From Acidimicrobiia bacterium (GTDB lineage: Bacteria > Actinomycetota > Acidimicrobiia > Acidimicrobiales > Bin134), in the NCBI GenBank assembly GCA_009842675.1, contig VYEX01000021.1, positions 11,572-75,571 of the forward strand: a stretch of 64,000 bases of DNA. The letters are read 5' to 3'. Within the stretch, counting starts at the first letter, position 1. Every line of letters starts with the position of its first letter. A program made the translations under genes and the position numbers. The notes beneath the pieces were generated by a model, which saw only the letters and a list, made by a program, of their open reading frames with translations, made no database searches and was not told where the DNA came from. Positions 25,003 through 34,108 of the stretch are shown one piece after another.

Positions 25003-25050
25003 GGTCGGTGGGGGTGATCGGGGAAGTCCTCCCACCGGCCAGAGTTTTTT
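25003..25050 (+). terminator. candidate terminator after the mshA/ybjN unit
   Basis: 12-bp stem (two G-U pairs) GGTCGGTGGGGG / CCTCCCACCGGCC with a 14-nt loop, then AGAG plus a T6 run at 25045..25050. The 4-nt spacer before the T-run weakens the call. Confidence 0.4.
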
Positions 25051-25088
25051 GACCGATGAGACCGCCTCAGGCCTGCTATAGCAGTGAG

Positions 25089-25883
25089 GTGGCACTTCGA
25101 CTGCAACTCATAGGCGGGGGTCGCATGGGTGAGGCCTTGCTCGGCGGCCTTCTGGCCGGCGGATGGGCTCAGCCAGGCGAACTCGCTGTCGTGGAAATGA
25201 TCGCTGATCGGCGAGCAGAGTTGTCCGATCGCTTCCGGGGCGTGACGGTGACCGATCATCCTTTAGAGCAGGCTGATGCGGTATTGGCGGTAAAACCCGA
25301 CGACGCCGCCTCCGCCGGCAACAGCCTCAACGAGGCCGGCGTTACCCGGGTCCTCAGCATTGCCGCCGGGGTCACCACTGCGTCCTTGGAGGCTGTTCTG
25401 GGCGACGACGCCCGGGTGGTACGAGCCATGCCCAACACCCCCGCACTTGTTGGGGCAGGGGCGGCGGCTATCGCCCCGGGCCGTCATGCCGCCGAGGAGG
25501 ATCTCGTGTGGGCTACGGGAATCCTCGAGGCGGTGGGCACGGTCGTGGTGTGCGAAGAGCCAATGCTTGACGCGGTCACGGGGCTCTCCGGCTCCGGGCC
25601 TGCCTACGTGTTCTGGCTGGCGGAGACACTGACGGCCGCGGGGATTGAGGTTGGCCTTTCCCCCGACATGGCTGATGCCCTCACCCGACAGACTCTTCTC
25701 GGGGCGGCCCGGCTGTTGACCGAGTCGGGGGAGCCTCCCCACGATCTGCGGGCCGCGGTTACGTCACCGGGGGGCACCACTGCCCGGGGGATCGCCGAGT
25801 TGGAAGACCGTGGGGCGGCAGCCGCGTTTATTGCCGCAGTGGCCGCTGCCACCGAGCGCAGCCGCGAACTAGGCGCTTCCTAA
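25089..25883 (+). CDS. proC: pyrroline-5-carboxylate reductase
   Basis: LQLIGGGRMGEALLGGL Rossmann motif; RAMPNTPALVGAG, GSGPAYVFWLAETL and VTSPGGTTARGI are ProC motifs. GTG at 25089 preferred; the ORF opens at 25056. Confidence 0.9.
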   Translation: MALRLQLIGGGRMGEALLGGLLAGGWAQPGELAVVEMIADRRAELSDRFRGVTVTDHPLEQADAVLAVKPDDAASAGNSLNEAGVTRVLSIAAGVTTASLEAVLGDDARVVRAMPNTPALVGAGAAAIAPGRHAAEEDLVWATGILEAVGTVVVCEEPMLDAVTGLSGSGPAYVFWLAETLTAAGIEVGLSPDMADALTRQTLLGAARLLTESGEPPHDLRAAVTSPGGTTARGIAELEDRGAAAAFIAAVAAATERSRELGAS

Positions 25884-26021
25884 GCGCGCGAGAAGCACAC
25901 CCGGGTCTGGTTACGACTGGGTGAAACCACGTTTTCCTTGGTCTTTCGAAAGCGGGGTGGCACTCGACGGGCAGTGCCGCGTAAGGTGAGCGGCGCACAG
26001 CGGAGTGAGGGGTGTGTTGGC

Positions 26022-26216
26022 ATGGCAAAGCCAGAAGGGCGGGACAAACTCATGACCGTGGCAGAGGTTGCTGCCCTCATGAGAGTCTCAACGATGACGG
26101 TGTATCGGCTGATCAAGGCCCGAGACCTTCCTGCTGTGAGGATCGGCAAGTCGTACCGATTGCGCGAGGGAGACGTCGACAGCTACTTGGCCAGTCGCTA
26201 TACCCAGGCAGGCTGA
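26022..26216 (+). CDS. small excisionase/MerR-like helix-turn-helix DNA-binding protein (BldC / Rv0500A-like)
   Basis: LMTVAEVAALMRVSTMTVYRLIKARDLPAVRIGKSYRLREGDVDSYL is the HTH_17-type motif. The position just after proC mirrors the mycobacterial proC/Rv0500A arrangement. Confidence 0.8.
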   Translation: MAKPEGRDKLMTVAEVAALMRVSTMTVYRLIKARDLPAVRIGKSYRLREGDVDSYLASRYTQAG

Positions 26217-26259
26217 CGCTGCCGCTCCCCCTTGGCCCTAACAGAATGTTGGCCAAGCA

Positions 26260-27123
26260 ATGACAATGCGATACGACACCATCTCGTTCCTTTCCGACTA
26301 CGGGTTAGGCGATGAATTCGTCGGCGTGGTGAAGTCGGTGATCCGCTCAATCGCTCCGGAGGTTGCGGTGGTGGACATCACTCACGACATCGCCCCCCAT
26401 GATGTGCGGGCGGGAGGCCTGGCTCTGGCCCGCAGTGCCCAGTACCTCGTCCCCGGCGTAGTGCTCGCGGTGGTCGACCCCGGCGTAGGCGGCACTCGGC
26501 GAGCGGTGGCGGTTGAGGTGGGCGAGGGGACCTCGGTGCTGGTCGGTCCCGACAACGGACTGCTGGCCCCGGCGGTGGCCATGGTGGGAGGGGCCTCTCG
26601 TGCGGTAGAGCTCACCGCCGAGCGATTCCACCTTGCTTCTGCCGGTCCCACCTTTGCCGGGCGGGATGTGTTTGCTCCCACCGCAGCCCACCTGTGTCTG
26701 GGCGCCGACCTCGAAGATGTGGGGACCCCGATCCCGGTGCATTCCCTGGTGCCCGGGGTGGTGCCGGTAAGCCGGACCGACGGCGACCAGATCCACGCCG
26801 AGGTGCTGTGGATCGACCGGTTTGGCAACTTGCAGCTCAATCTGGATCCCAATGAGCTGGAGCCGCTGGGGGCCGCCCTCCGGCTCACCGCCGGCGATAT
26901 CGGGCGCAACGCGATTCGAGTCAACAGTTACAGCGACCTGGAGAGTGGGGAATTGGGGGTGCTGGTAGACTCGTATGGCTTGGTGGCCATCGCTGTCAAC
27001 CGGGGATCAGCGGCAATGGAGTTGAGCTGCGTAGAGGGAGACTCCATCACCGTTGAGTCTGGTGGGCCTGCCCCGGCCACCCCGGTCCAACTGCAACCCA
27101 AACGATCGGACGAACTGGCATGA
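26260..27123 (+). CDS. SAM hydroxide adenosyltransferase family protein (DUF62)
   Basis: ISFLSDYGLGDEFVGVVKSVI, VVDPGVGGTRRAVAV, VGPDNGLL and FAGRDVFAP are characteristic of the DUF62 family (chlorinase/fluorinase-related). Confidence 0.85.
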   Translation: MTMRYDTISFLSDYGLGDEFVGVVKSVIRSIAPEVAVVDITHDIAPHDVRAGGLALARSAQYLVPGVVLAVVDPGVGGTRRAVAVEVGEGTSVLVGPDNGLLAPAVAMVGGASRAVELTAERFHLASAGPTFAGRDVFAPTAAHLCLGADLEDVGTPIPVHSLVPGVVPVSRTDGDQIHAEVLWIDRFGNLQLNLDPNELEPLGAALRLTAGDIGRNAIRVNSYSDLESGELGVLVDSYGLVAIAVNRGSAAMELSCVEGDSITVESGGPAPATPVQLQPKRSDELA

Positions 27124-27209
27124 GACCCGGAACAACCATCGCCATCGCCATCTTGTTGTTGGCCATTCTCATCGCTGCGGTCATTCAGCTGTTCGTGTTG
27201 GCCCGATAG
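27120..27209 (+). CDS. candidate 29-aa single-TM micro-protein
   Basis: The ATG overlaps the upstream stop (ATGA). Translation MRPGTTIAIAILLLAILIAAVIQLFVLAR has a positive N-terminus, a 20-residue hydrophobic helix and a C-terminal Arg. Too short for the ORF track. Confidence 0.35.
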   Translation: MRPGTTIAIAILLLAILIAAVIQLFVLAR

Positions 27210-27221
27210 CAGAACGCGGCC

Positions 27222-27857
27222 ATGCCCATCGATGAGGTCCTCTATCCGGTGAACCTGCGGGTTCGCGGGCACCGCTGCCTGGTGGTGGGCGGTGGACAGG
27301 TGGCGTTGGTCAAGGTCGACGGACTGCTGGAAGCGGGGGCGGTGGTGGAGGTGATCGCCCCTGACGTGATTCCCGAGTTGGACGCCCGCCCCGGCGTTAC
27401 CGTGCATCGCAGGGTCTACCAGTCTGGCGACGTCGAGGGCTACCGGCTGGTGGTGGCGGCTACGGGACGAGCCGAGGTCGATGCCGAGGTCTACCGCGAC
27501 GGCGAAGCCACCGGCGTGTGGGTCAACAGTGCCGATGATCCCGACAACTGCTCCTTCACCCTTCCCAGCAGATTGCGTCGAGGACCGCTGCTGGTGACTT
27601 GCTCTACCGGGGGGCACAGTCCGGCCTTGTCACGCTGGCTCCGGCAACGATTGGAACAAGAGATCGGTCCCGAATATCAGACCCTGTTGTGCCTGCTCAG
27701 CGAGGCGCGAGAGAGGATTCGGTCAACGGGGGTGCACACCGAGGGCCTGGCTTGGCAAGATGTACTGGATTCGGGGATGCTGGAGTTGATTCGCTCCGGA
27801 GAAACCGGACAAGCGCAAGCAAAGATCGACCGCTTGGTCGACAACACCTTGATGTAG
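27222..27857 (+). CDS. precorrin-2 dehydrogenase / sirohydrochlorin ferrochelatase (SirC/Met8, CysG N-domain-like)
   Basis: YPVNLRVRGHRCLVVGGGQVALVKVDGLLEAGAVVEVIAP (NAD-binding), VNSADDPDNCSF and STGGHSPALSRWLRQRLE are family motifs. Heads the hem gene block. Confidence 0.8.
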   Translation: MPIDEVLYPVNLRVRGHRCLVVGGGQVALVKVDGLLEAGAVVEVIAPDVIPELDARPGVTVHRRVYQSGDVEGYRLVVAATGRAEVDAEVYRDGEATGVWVNSADDPDNCSFTLPSRLRRGPLLVTCSTGGHSPALSRWLRQRLEQEIGPEYQTLLCLLSEARERIRSTGVHTEGLAWQDVLDSGMLELIRSGETGQAQAKIDRLVDNTLM

Positions 27858-27875
27858 GCGAAAGTCTGGCAAAAC

Positions 27876-29126
27876 GTGTCTGTACTGGCGATAGGCATAA
27901 ATCACCGATCAGCACCGCTCGGCCTGTTGGAGCGGATGACCATCGATGAGTCCGACCTGCCCAAGGCACTGGCCGATCTGATCGGTCGAGAGAACGTTTC
28001 CGAAGCGGTGGTGCTGTCCACCTGCAACCGCATTGAGGTCTACGTCTTCGCTGAGACCTTCCACGGGGCCTTCCAGAATGTGAGGGATTTCCTCTCCGAG
28101 ACCGCCCATGTGGCCCCCGAGCAGTTCAGCGATGCGCTATATGCCCACTACGAGGCCGATGCGGTATCGCACCTGTTCTCGGTGGCCTGCGGATTGGACT
28201 CAGCCGTGCTCGGCGAGAACGAGATCCAAGGCCAGGTGAAGAGCGCGTGGGAGGCGGCTCGGTTAGAGGGCACCTGCGGTTCGTCGCTCAACAATCTTTT
28301 CCGCCACGCCACGGAGGTGGGCAAGCGGGCCCGCACCGAGACCGGTATTTCCCGCCATATCACCTCGGTGTCTCAGGCGGCGGTAGCCCTGGCCACCGAG
28401 CGCCTGAGCGGTTTGGCCGGCCGACGGCTGATGGTGCTGGGTGCCGGGGACATGGGCGAGGGTATGGCGGCCAGCCTGGCCAAGAGCGAGGCCGCCGAAG
28501 TTGTGGTGGCCAATCGCACCACCGGACGAGCTGAGGAATTGGCCCAGCGGATCGGAGGCCGTGCGGTGGGTCTTCACGAGATGTCCGCCGAGCTGGCTGT
28601 GGTGGACGTTCTTCTTACATCCACCGGTGCTTCGTCAATGATTCTGGAGCATTGTGACGTGGCCGAGATCATGGCGGCGCGGGCCAACCGCCCGCTATTG
28701 ATCGTGGATGTGGCCGTGCCCCGCGACGTGGACCCCGCGGCGGGCGATCTGGATGGGGTGACCCTGCTGGACATGGACGATCTGCGGGCTTTCGCCGATC
28801 GGGGCCTGCGAGAGCGCCGCGCCGAGTTGGACCGGGTGCGGAGCATCATCGATGACGAACTGAACCGCTATCTGGACCTCAGCTCGGCCCGTGAGGCGGC
28901 ACCCTTGATTGCCGCCTTCCGGACACGGGCCGAGGTCTTGCGCAAAGAAGAGTTGGATCGCCATGCGGGCGGGCTGTCTCCGGCCGAGCGGGAAGCGGTG
29001 GAAGCGGCTACTCGCGGCTTGGTGGGCAAGCTCTTGCACGAGCCCACTGTCAGGCTGAAGGACGCGGCCGGATCGCCGCGGGGCGATCGCCTGGCCGAAG
29101 CGCTCCGGGATCTGTTCGATCTCTAG
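27876..29126 (+). CDS. hemA: glutamyl-tRNA reductase
   Basis: VLAIGINHRSAPLGLLERM, VLSTCNRIEVY (catalytic Cys), GENEIQGQVK and VLGAGDMGE. GTG start. Confidence 0.93.
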   Translation: MSVLAIGINHRSAPLGLLERMTIDESDLPKALADLIGRENVSEAVVLSTCNRIEVYVFAETFHGAFQNVRDFLSETAHVAPEQFSDALYAHYEADAVSHLFSVACGLDSAVLGENEIQGQVKSAWEAARLEGTCGSSLNNLFRHATEVGKRARTETGISRHITSVSQAAVALATERLSGLAGRRLMVLGAGDMGEGMAASLAKSEAAEVVVANRTTGRAEELAQRIGGRAVGLHEMSAELAVVDVLLTSTGASSMILEHCDVAEIMAARANRPLLIVDVAVPRDVDPAAGDLDGVTLLDMDDLRAFADRGLRERRAELDRVRSIIDDELNRYLDLSSAREAAPLIAAFRTRAEVLRKEELDRHAGGLSPAEREAVEAATRGLVGKLLHEPTVRLKDAAGSPRGDRLAEALRDLFDL

Positions 29127-29130
29127 AGCC

Positions 29131-29991
29131 GTGCTGCGCGCCGCCACCCGGGGCAGCGCCTTGGCCCGCTGGCAAACCGCCCACATCGCTGAATTGCTGG
29201 GATCCACCGCCGACGTCGAACCGATTTTGGTGACCACCACCGGCGACCGGTTGGGCGACGAGCCCATCTCGGCCATCGGCGGCAAGGGCGTGTTCGTCAA
29301 GGAGGTACAAGCTGCGGTGCTCGACAGTCGAGCCGACATCGCCGTTCACTCGGCCAAGGATCTGCCCGCAGCCACCCCCGACGGTCTCGTGATTGCCGCG
29401 GTGTCCCGCCGGGCTGACCCTCGAGATGCACTAGTGGGCAGTCGCTTGTCCGATCTTGTCCAAGGCGCCCTGGTGGCCACCGGTTCGGCCCGCCGCCGAG
29501 TGCAGCTTCGGGAGCTTCGCCCCGACCTGCGATTCGCCGAGCTGCGGGGCAACATCGGCACCCGGCTGAAAAAGGCCTCCGACTACGACGCGGTGGTGAT
29601 GGCCAAGGCCGCTTTGGACCGCCTGGGCGAGCACCCGACGGTGGTCGATGTGTTGGGCTGTGAGGTCATGGTGCCCCAAGTGGGCCAGGGTGCCCTGGCG
29701 GTGGAGTGCCGAGAAGACAACCACCGGACCCGCGCTTTGCTGGCGGCCATTGAAGACCCCGTTACCCGCCGGGAGGTGGATGCTGAGCGAGCCTTCCTGA
29801 CTACCCTGGGCGGCGATTGCACCCTGCCCGCCGGCGCCCACGCCCACGTTCGAGGTGACACATTGGTAATGCGGGCCGTATTGGCCGACAGCCCCGACGG
29901 GCGGTGCCACTCTGTGGTCGGCGAAGGCGACGATGGGGAGGCCTTAGGGCGGGACTTAGCCCGCCAGCTTCTCGACTTGGTGGCCCGATGA
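29131..29991 (+). CDS. hemC: hydroxymethylbilane synthase (porphobilinogen deaminase)
   Basis: RAATRGSALARWQT, GGKGVFVKEVQ, AVHSAKDLP, LRGNIGTRLKK and the cofactor Cys in GGDCTLP. Confidence 0.93.
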   Translation: MLRAATRGSALARWQTAHIAELLGSTADVEPILVTTTGDRLGDEPISAIGGKGVFVKEVQAAVLDSRADIAVHSAKDLPAATPDGLVIAAVSRRADPRDALVGSRLSDLVQGALVATGSARRRVQLRELRPDLRFAELRGNIGTRLKKASDYDAVVMAKAALDRLGEHPTVVDVLGCEVMVPQVGQGALAVECREDNHRTRALLAAIEDPVTRREVDAERAFLTTLGGDCTLPAGAHAHVRGDTLVMRAVLADSPDGRCHSVVGEGDDGEALGRDLARQLLDLVAR

Positions 29992-30036
29992 CTGTGTATC
30001 TCATGCCGGCGTGGGTGGCCCGATGACCGTATATCT
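29979..30036. repeat. 35-nt-offset direct duplication of the hemC-stop / cobA-start junction
   Basis: GGTGGCCCGATGACTGTGTATCT (29979..30001) and GGTGGCCCGATGACCGTATATCT (30014..30036) match at 21 of 23 positions. Copy 1 holds the hemC TGA, copy 2 the cobA-hemD ATG. Confidence 0.9.
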
Positions 30037-31486
30037 GGTCGGCGCGGGGCCGGGCGATCCCGATCTCTTGACCCTGAGGGGGGCTGAGGTTCTGGCCGGT
30101 GCTGATGTGGTTGTCTATGACCGCCTGTCGGTGACCTCGCTCCTCGACTTGGCCCCGCCCCACGCCGAGCTCATTTCGGTGGGCAAACAGCCTGGAGGGC
30201 CCCGGACTTCCCAAGATGACATCAATGCCCTGCTAGTGGCCCGAGGCCGGGCCGGTCAGCAGGTGGTGCGCCTCAAGGGCGGCGATCCCTTCGTGTTCGC
30301 CCGGGGCGGTGAAGAGGCCGCTGCGCTGGCCGCCGCTGGCGTGGCCTTCGAGGTCGTGCCCGGCATCACCTCAGCGGTGGCTGTCCCCGCCTACGCGGGA
30401 ATTCCCGTGACCATGCGGTATTCCTCCACCTCGTTCACCGTGGTCACCGGGCACGAAGATCCGACCAAGGGTGAGGGGTCGGTCAACTGGGAGGCGGTTG
30501 CCTCCTTGGGTGGCACGGTGGTGGTGCTTATGGGCGCGGCTCGCTGTCGCCCGATCTGCGAGCGGCTGATTGCCGCGGGCTTGGCCCCCGACACCCCGGC
30601 GGCGGCCGTGCAGTGGGGCACTCGACCCCACCAGCGCACTCTGCGGGCCTCCCTGTCCACCCTGGCCGATCTGGAGCCCCAACCGCCCGCCACCATCGTG
30701 ATAGGCGAGGTGGCTGCCGCTGATCTGGCTTGGTTTGAGAACCGGCCCCTGTTCGGCCGCCGCATCGTGGTGACCCGGGCTCAGCCCCAAGCCTCGGCTT
30801 TGGCCGCCGATCTCCGCCGCCGGGGAGCGGAGGCCATCGAGTTGCCGGCCATCGCTTTCGAACCCCCTGAGGACCTCGACCGCCTGGCCCGAGCCGCGGC
30901 CGAGGTCGGCCGCTACGACTGGGTGGTGTTCACCTCGCCCACCGGAGTGGCCCGGTTCTTCGAGCACCTGCGGGACGCCCGCAGCCTCGGAGAAGCGCGG
31001 GTGGCCGCCATCGGTCCGGGTACCGCCGCCGAGCTGGCCGAGCGCAACGTGGTGGCCGACCTGATTCCCGAGCAGTACGTGGCCGAGGCGCTGCTGGAAG
31101 CTCTGGCTGATGAGGTTGGCTCCGACTGGCCCGGCCGGGTGCTCATTCCCCGAGCCGAGACTGCCCGCGACGTGCTGCCTGACGGTCTGGCTGCCGCCGG
31201 CTGGGACGTCGATGTGGTTCCCGCCTACCGCACCGTCGCTCCGGCCCCCGACCCCGTCGCGGCGGCCCTGCTGGCCGACGCCGAGGTCATCACCTTCACG
31301 TCGTCGTCCACCGTGACCAACTTCGTGGACACCTACGGCATCAACACGGTGCCCAAGGTGGTGGCCACCATCGGCCCCATCACCTCTGCCACTGCCCGCA
31401 GCCGGGGCTTGGAGGTGACCATCGAAGCCGCCGAGCACACCGTGCCCGGACTGGTTGCCGCCCTCGAAGACTTCTTTGCCCGCTGA
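30023..31486 (+). CDS. bifunctional uroporphyrinogen-III C-methyltransferase / uroporphyrinogen-III synthase
   Basis: The N-terminal half, MTVYLVGAGPGDPDLLTLRG...RLKGGDPFVFARGGEE, is SUMT (CobA). The C-terminal half, RIVVTRAQPQA...VVFTSPTGV...ITFTSSSTV, is HemD. ATG at 30023 (the GTG at 30011 is also in frame). Confidence 0.9.
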   Translation: MTVYLVGAGPGDPDLLTLRGAEVLAGADVVVYDRLSVTSLLDLAPPHAELISVGKQPGGPRTSQDDINALLVARGRAGQQVVRLKGGDPFVFARGGEEAAALAAAGVAFEVVPGITSAVAVPAYAGIPVTMRYSSTSFTVVTGHEDPTKGEGSVNWEAVASLGGTVVVLMGAARCRPICERLIAAGLAPDTPAAAVQWGTRPHQRTLRASLSTLADLEPQPPATIVIGEVAAADLAWFENRPLFGRRIVVTRAQPQASALAADLRRRGAEAIELPAIAFEPPEDLDRLARAAAEVGRYDWVVFTSPTGVARFFEHLRDARSLGEARVAAIGPGTAAELAERNVVADLIPEQYVAEALLEALADEVGSDWPGRVLIPRAETARDVLPDGLAAAGWDVDVVPAYRTVAPAPDPVAAALLADAEVITFTSSSTVTNFVDTYGINTVPKVVATIGPITSATARSRGLEVTIEAAEHTVPGLVAALEDFFAR

Positions 31487-31533
31487 GCTTCTCGCTGGTT
31501 GAGCGGCGGGATCCAGACCCTAGGATCGCAGGG

Positions 31534-32787
31534 ATGGTCACCAATCGGGGGTTGTTCGAGCGGGCGCAGCGGGTGATTCCCGGGGGGGTCAACTCGCCGG
31601 TGCGCTCCTTTCGCTCGGTGGGGGGCACCCCTTATTTCGTGGCTCGGGCCGAGGGGCCCTACGTGTGGGATGTGGAGGGGCGTCGCTACATCGACTACGT
31701 GCAGAGCTACGGCCCCGGCATTTTGGGCCATGCCCATCCGGCGGTGACCGAGGCAGTGGTCAAAGCGGCGGCCGACGGCACCAGCTACGGAGCGCCCACC
31801 GAGCGCGAGGTACTTCTGGCCGAAACGCTGTGCGACCGGGTGCCCGGCATGGACTGGACCCGGCTCACTTCCAGCGGCACCGAAGCTGCCATGGCCGCCA
31901 TCCGCCTGGCCCGAGGGGCCACTGACCGCACCAAGATCATCAAGTTCGCCGGCTGCTACCACGGCCACAGCGACGGCTTGCTGGCCGCGGGGGGCAGCGG
32001 GGTGGCCAACCAGGGGCTGGCCGACTCGGCCGGCGTCACCCCCGGAGCGGTGGCCGACACCGTGGTGGCCCCCTATAACCAGGTCCCTGTGGTGGACGAT
32101 GAGGTGGCCGCGGTGGTGGTTGAGCCGGTGGCGGCCAACATGGGGGTGGTCGCACCGATTTCCGGTTTCCTGGAGGGGCTGCGAGCCGCCTGCGACGAAG
32201 CCGGTGCCCTGCTGGTGTTCGACGAGGTCATCACCGGCTTCCGCCTGGCTCCCGGCGGGGCCACCGAGTGGTTCGGGGTGGTCCCCGACCTGTGGTGCTT
32301 CGGCAAAGTGGTGGGTGGAGGCTTGCCCATCGGCGTTTTCGGAGGCCGGGACAACCATATGGAGCACCTAGCCCCTCTGGGCGGCGTGTACCAGGCCGGC
32401 ACCCTTTCGGGGAACCCGCTAGCCACCGCGGCTGGCTTAGCCACGCTCGAGCAGCTCACCCCCGACGCTTACCGCAGCCTGGCCGACACCGCGGCCCGAT
32501 TGGCCAACGGCATGACCGAGGCGGCCGCCGCCGCTTCGGCACCCTGCACCGTGCCCCGGTTGGGGTCGCTGCTGGGAGTCTTCTTTTGCGATGAGGCACC
32601 GATCGATTTCGACCAGGCCAAGGCTGCCGCGGAAAACGGGGTCTATCCCCGGGTGTTCCACGCCCTCCTTGAAGGGGGGGTGGCGTTCGCACCCGGCCCC
32701 TACGAGGCGCTGTTTCCCAGCCTGTCCCACACCGACGACCACATCGACACCACAGTGGAGGCCTTCGCCGCGGCCCTAGAGAAATAG
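31534..32787 (+). CDS. hemL: glutamate-1-semialdehyde 2,1-aminomutase
   Basis: RVIPGGVNSPVRSF, SGTEAAMAAIRLARG, VFDEVITGFR and the PLP lysine region FGKVVGGGLP. Confidence 0.93.
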   Translation: MVTNRGLFERAQRVIPGGVNSPVRSFRSVGGTPYFVARAEGPYVWDVEGRRYIDYVQSYGPGILGHAHPAVTEAVVKAAADGTSYGAPTEREVLLAETLCDRVPGMDWTRLTSSGTEAAMAAIRLARGATDRTKIIKFAGCYHGHSDGLLAAGGSGVANQGLADSAGVTPGAVADTVVAPYNQVPVVDDEVAAVVVEPVAANMGVVAPISGFLEGLRAACDEAGALLVFDEVITGFRLAPGGATEWFGVVPDLWCFGKVVGGGLPIGVFGGRDNHMEHLAPLGGVYQAGTLSGNPLATAAGLATLEQLTPDAYRSLADTAARLANGMTEAAAAASAPCTVPRLGSLLGVFFCDEAPIDFDQAKAAAENGVYPRVFHALLEGGVAFAPGPYEALFPSLSHTDDHIDTTVEAFAAALEK

Positions 32788-32816
32788 ACGCCGGGGCTCG
32801 CAGGCCCGCGGTGTCT

Positions 32817-34061
32817 CTAAGGCGACGCGGCCATGGTGGCCCGGGCGGCCGCCTTGTAGATGTACTCGGCCGGCCCGGGATCGTCGGGGTCCATGAGGTT
32901 GGCCATGATCCGCAGGGCCCATTCCATGGCCGGGCGAGACTGCATGCCGACCCGGGTGAGCTCCCGCAACAAGGCGGGCTTGCCGATCAGCCGAGCGAAT
33001 ATCCGGGCCACCCGGAAGTAAGTCCCGTAGTTGTCTTCCAGCAGCCTCGGGTACTGCCAAATCACCCCGCCGTCGCCGGTGGCTACGGCCTCGGCCACCA
33101 GATCGGCGGCCATCTTTCCGGTCTCGTAGGCGTAGTCGATGCCTTCGCCGTTAAACGGGTTCACCGACCCGGCCGCGTCCCCCACCACCAGATAGTTGGG
33201 CCCCACCTTGGGGTTGACCGATCCGGCCATGGGCAAGCGCCCTCCTACCGGTTCCATGAGGGGGCGGTCGGGATCGATTTCCCAGTAAGCGGGCAGCGTG
33301 GCCGCGAACTCCCGCATCAGATGCGAAGTGTTCACCGAGGTGTAGTCGCGGAAGGTGGACAACAGCCCGACGCCCACGTTTACGCAGCCGTCGCCCAGCG
33401 GGAAGATCCAGCCGTAGCCCGGCAGCGAGTTGCCGTTGCGGTCCCGCATGTCCAGCGCGCTCTCGATCCACGGGGTGTCGTGCAGAGGACTCTCGAAATA
33501 TGTGCGGATGGCCATGCCTTGGGGATAGGCCCGGTCTCGGGCTGTTCCCAGGGCGCGGCCGAACCGGGAGTTGGCCCCGTCGGCGACCGCTACATAGCGG
33601 GCCTGGATCTGACCGGTGCGGCCGGTTGACTTGTCCACCACCTCGGCCCCGTCGAGCAATCCGTTGACCAGCATCGGCTGGGTGGCCTCGGTGGCCAGCA
33701 ACATCTCGGCGCCAGCGGCCACGGCATGGTCGGCCACCATCTGGTCGAGTTCCCTCCGCCGCACCACATAGCCGTAGTCGGGAAACACCGGGTGCTGGGG
33801 CCAGTCCATCTCCATCGTGCGCTTATGGGCCACCGCTCGCAGGCCCCGGTAGCGGTGGTAGCGGGTGAGCTCATCGCCCAGGCCCATGTCGCACAGCGAC
33901 TTGACCGCCCGGGGGGTCAGCCCGTCGCCGCAGGTCTTGTCTCGGGGGAACTCCTTGCGCTCAACCACCACCACGTTGAGGCCGTGGCGAGCAGCCCAAT
34001 AGGCGGTGGCTGCTCCCGCCGGACCGCCGCCGACGACCAGCAGGTCGCGGCGCGGGCTCAT
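32817..34061 (-). CDS. geranylgeranyl reductase family FAD-dependent oxidoreductase (MenJ-like candidate)
   Basis: DLLVVGGGPAGAATAYWAARHGLNVVVVERKEFPRDKTCGDGLTPR is the GGR-family N-terminus; later VVGDAAGSVNPFNGEGI. Lies 47 nt downstream of the cytochrome c gene on the same strand. The MenJ role is inferred from the respiratory context only. Confidence 0.8.
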   Translation of the reverse strand: MSPRRDLLVVGGGPAGAATAYWAARHGLNVVVVERKEFPRDKTCGDGLTPRAVKSLCDMGLGDELTRYHRYRGLRAVAHKRTMEMDWPQHPVFPDYGYVVRRRELDQMVADHAVAAGAEMLLATEATQPMLVNGLLDGAEVVDKSTGRTGQIQARYVAVADGANSRFGRALGTARDRAYPQGMAIRTYFESPLHDTPWIESALDMRDRNGNSLPGYGWIFPLGDGCVNVGVGLLSTFRDYTSVNTSHLMREFAATLPAYWEIDPDRPLMEPVGGRLPMAGSVNPKVGPNYLVVGDAAGSVNPFNGEGIDYAYETGKMAADLVAEAVATGDGGVIWQYPRLLEDNYGTYFRVARIFARLIGKPALLRELTRVGMQSRPAMEWALRIMANLMDPDDPGPAEYIYKAAARATMAASP

Positions 34062-34108
34062 GGACAAGATTCGCGGCTGCTCATACCGCTGGTCCGGCTG
34101 ACGAGGCG

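Noticed and set aside
13109-27123. A link between the crcB fluoride channels and the DUF62 (fluorinase/chlorinase-related) gene, suggesting organofluorine metabolism.
   Set aside because: The genes are 13 kb apart, on opposite strands and in different operons. Most DUF62 members are SAM hydroxide adenosyltransferases. No supporting pathway genes are present.
27222-32787. Absence of hemB from the hem block, taken as evidence for an unusual pathway.
   Set aside because: hemB is frequently encoded elsewhere. Absence from a 64-kb window says nothing about the genome.
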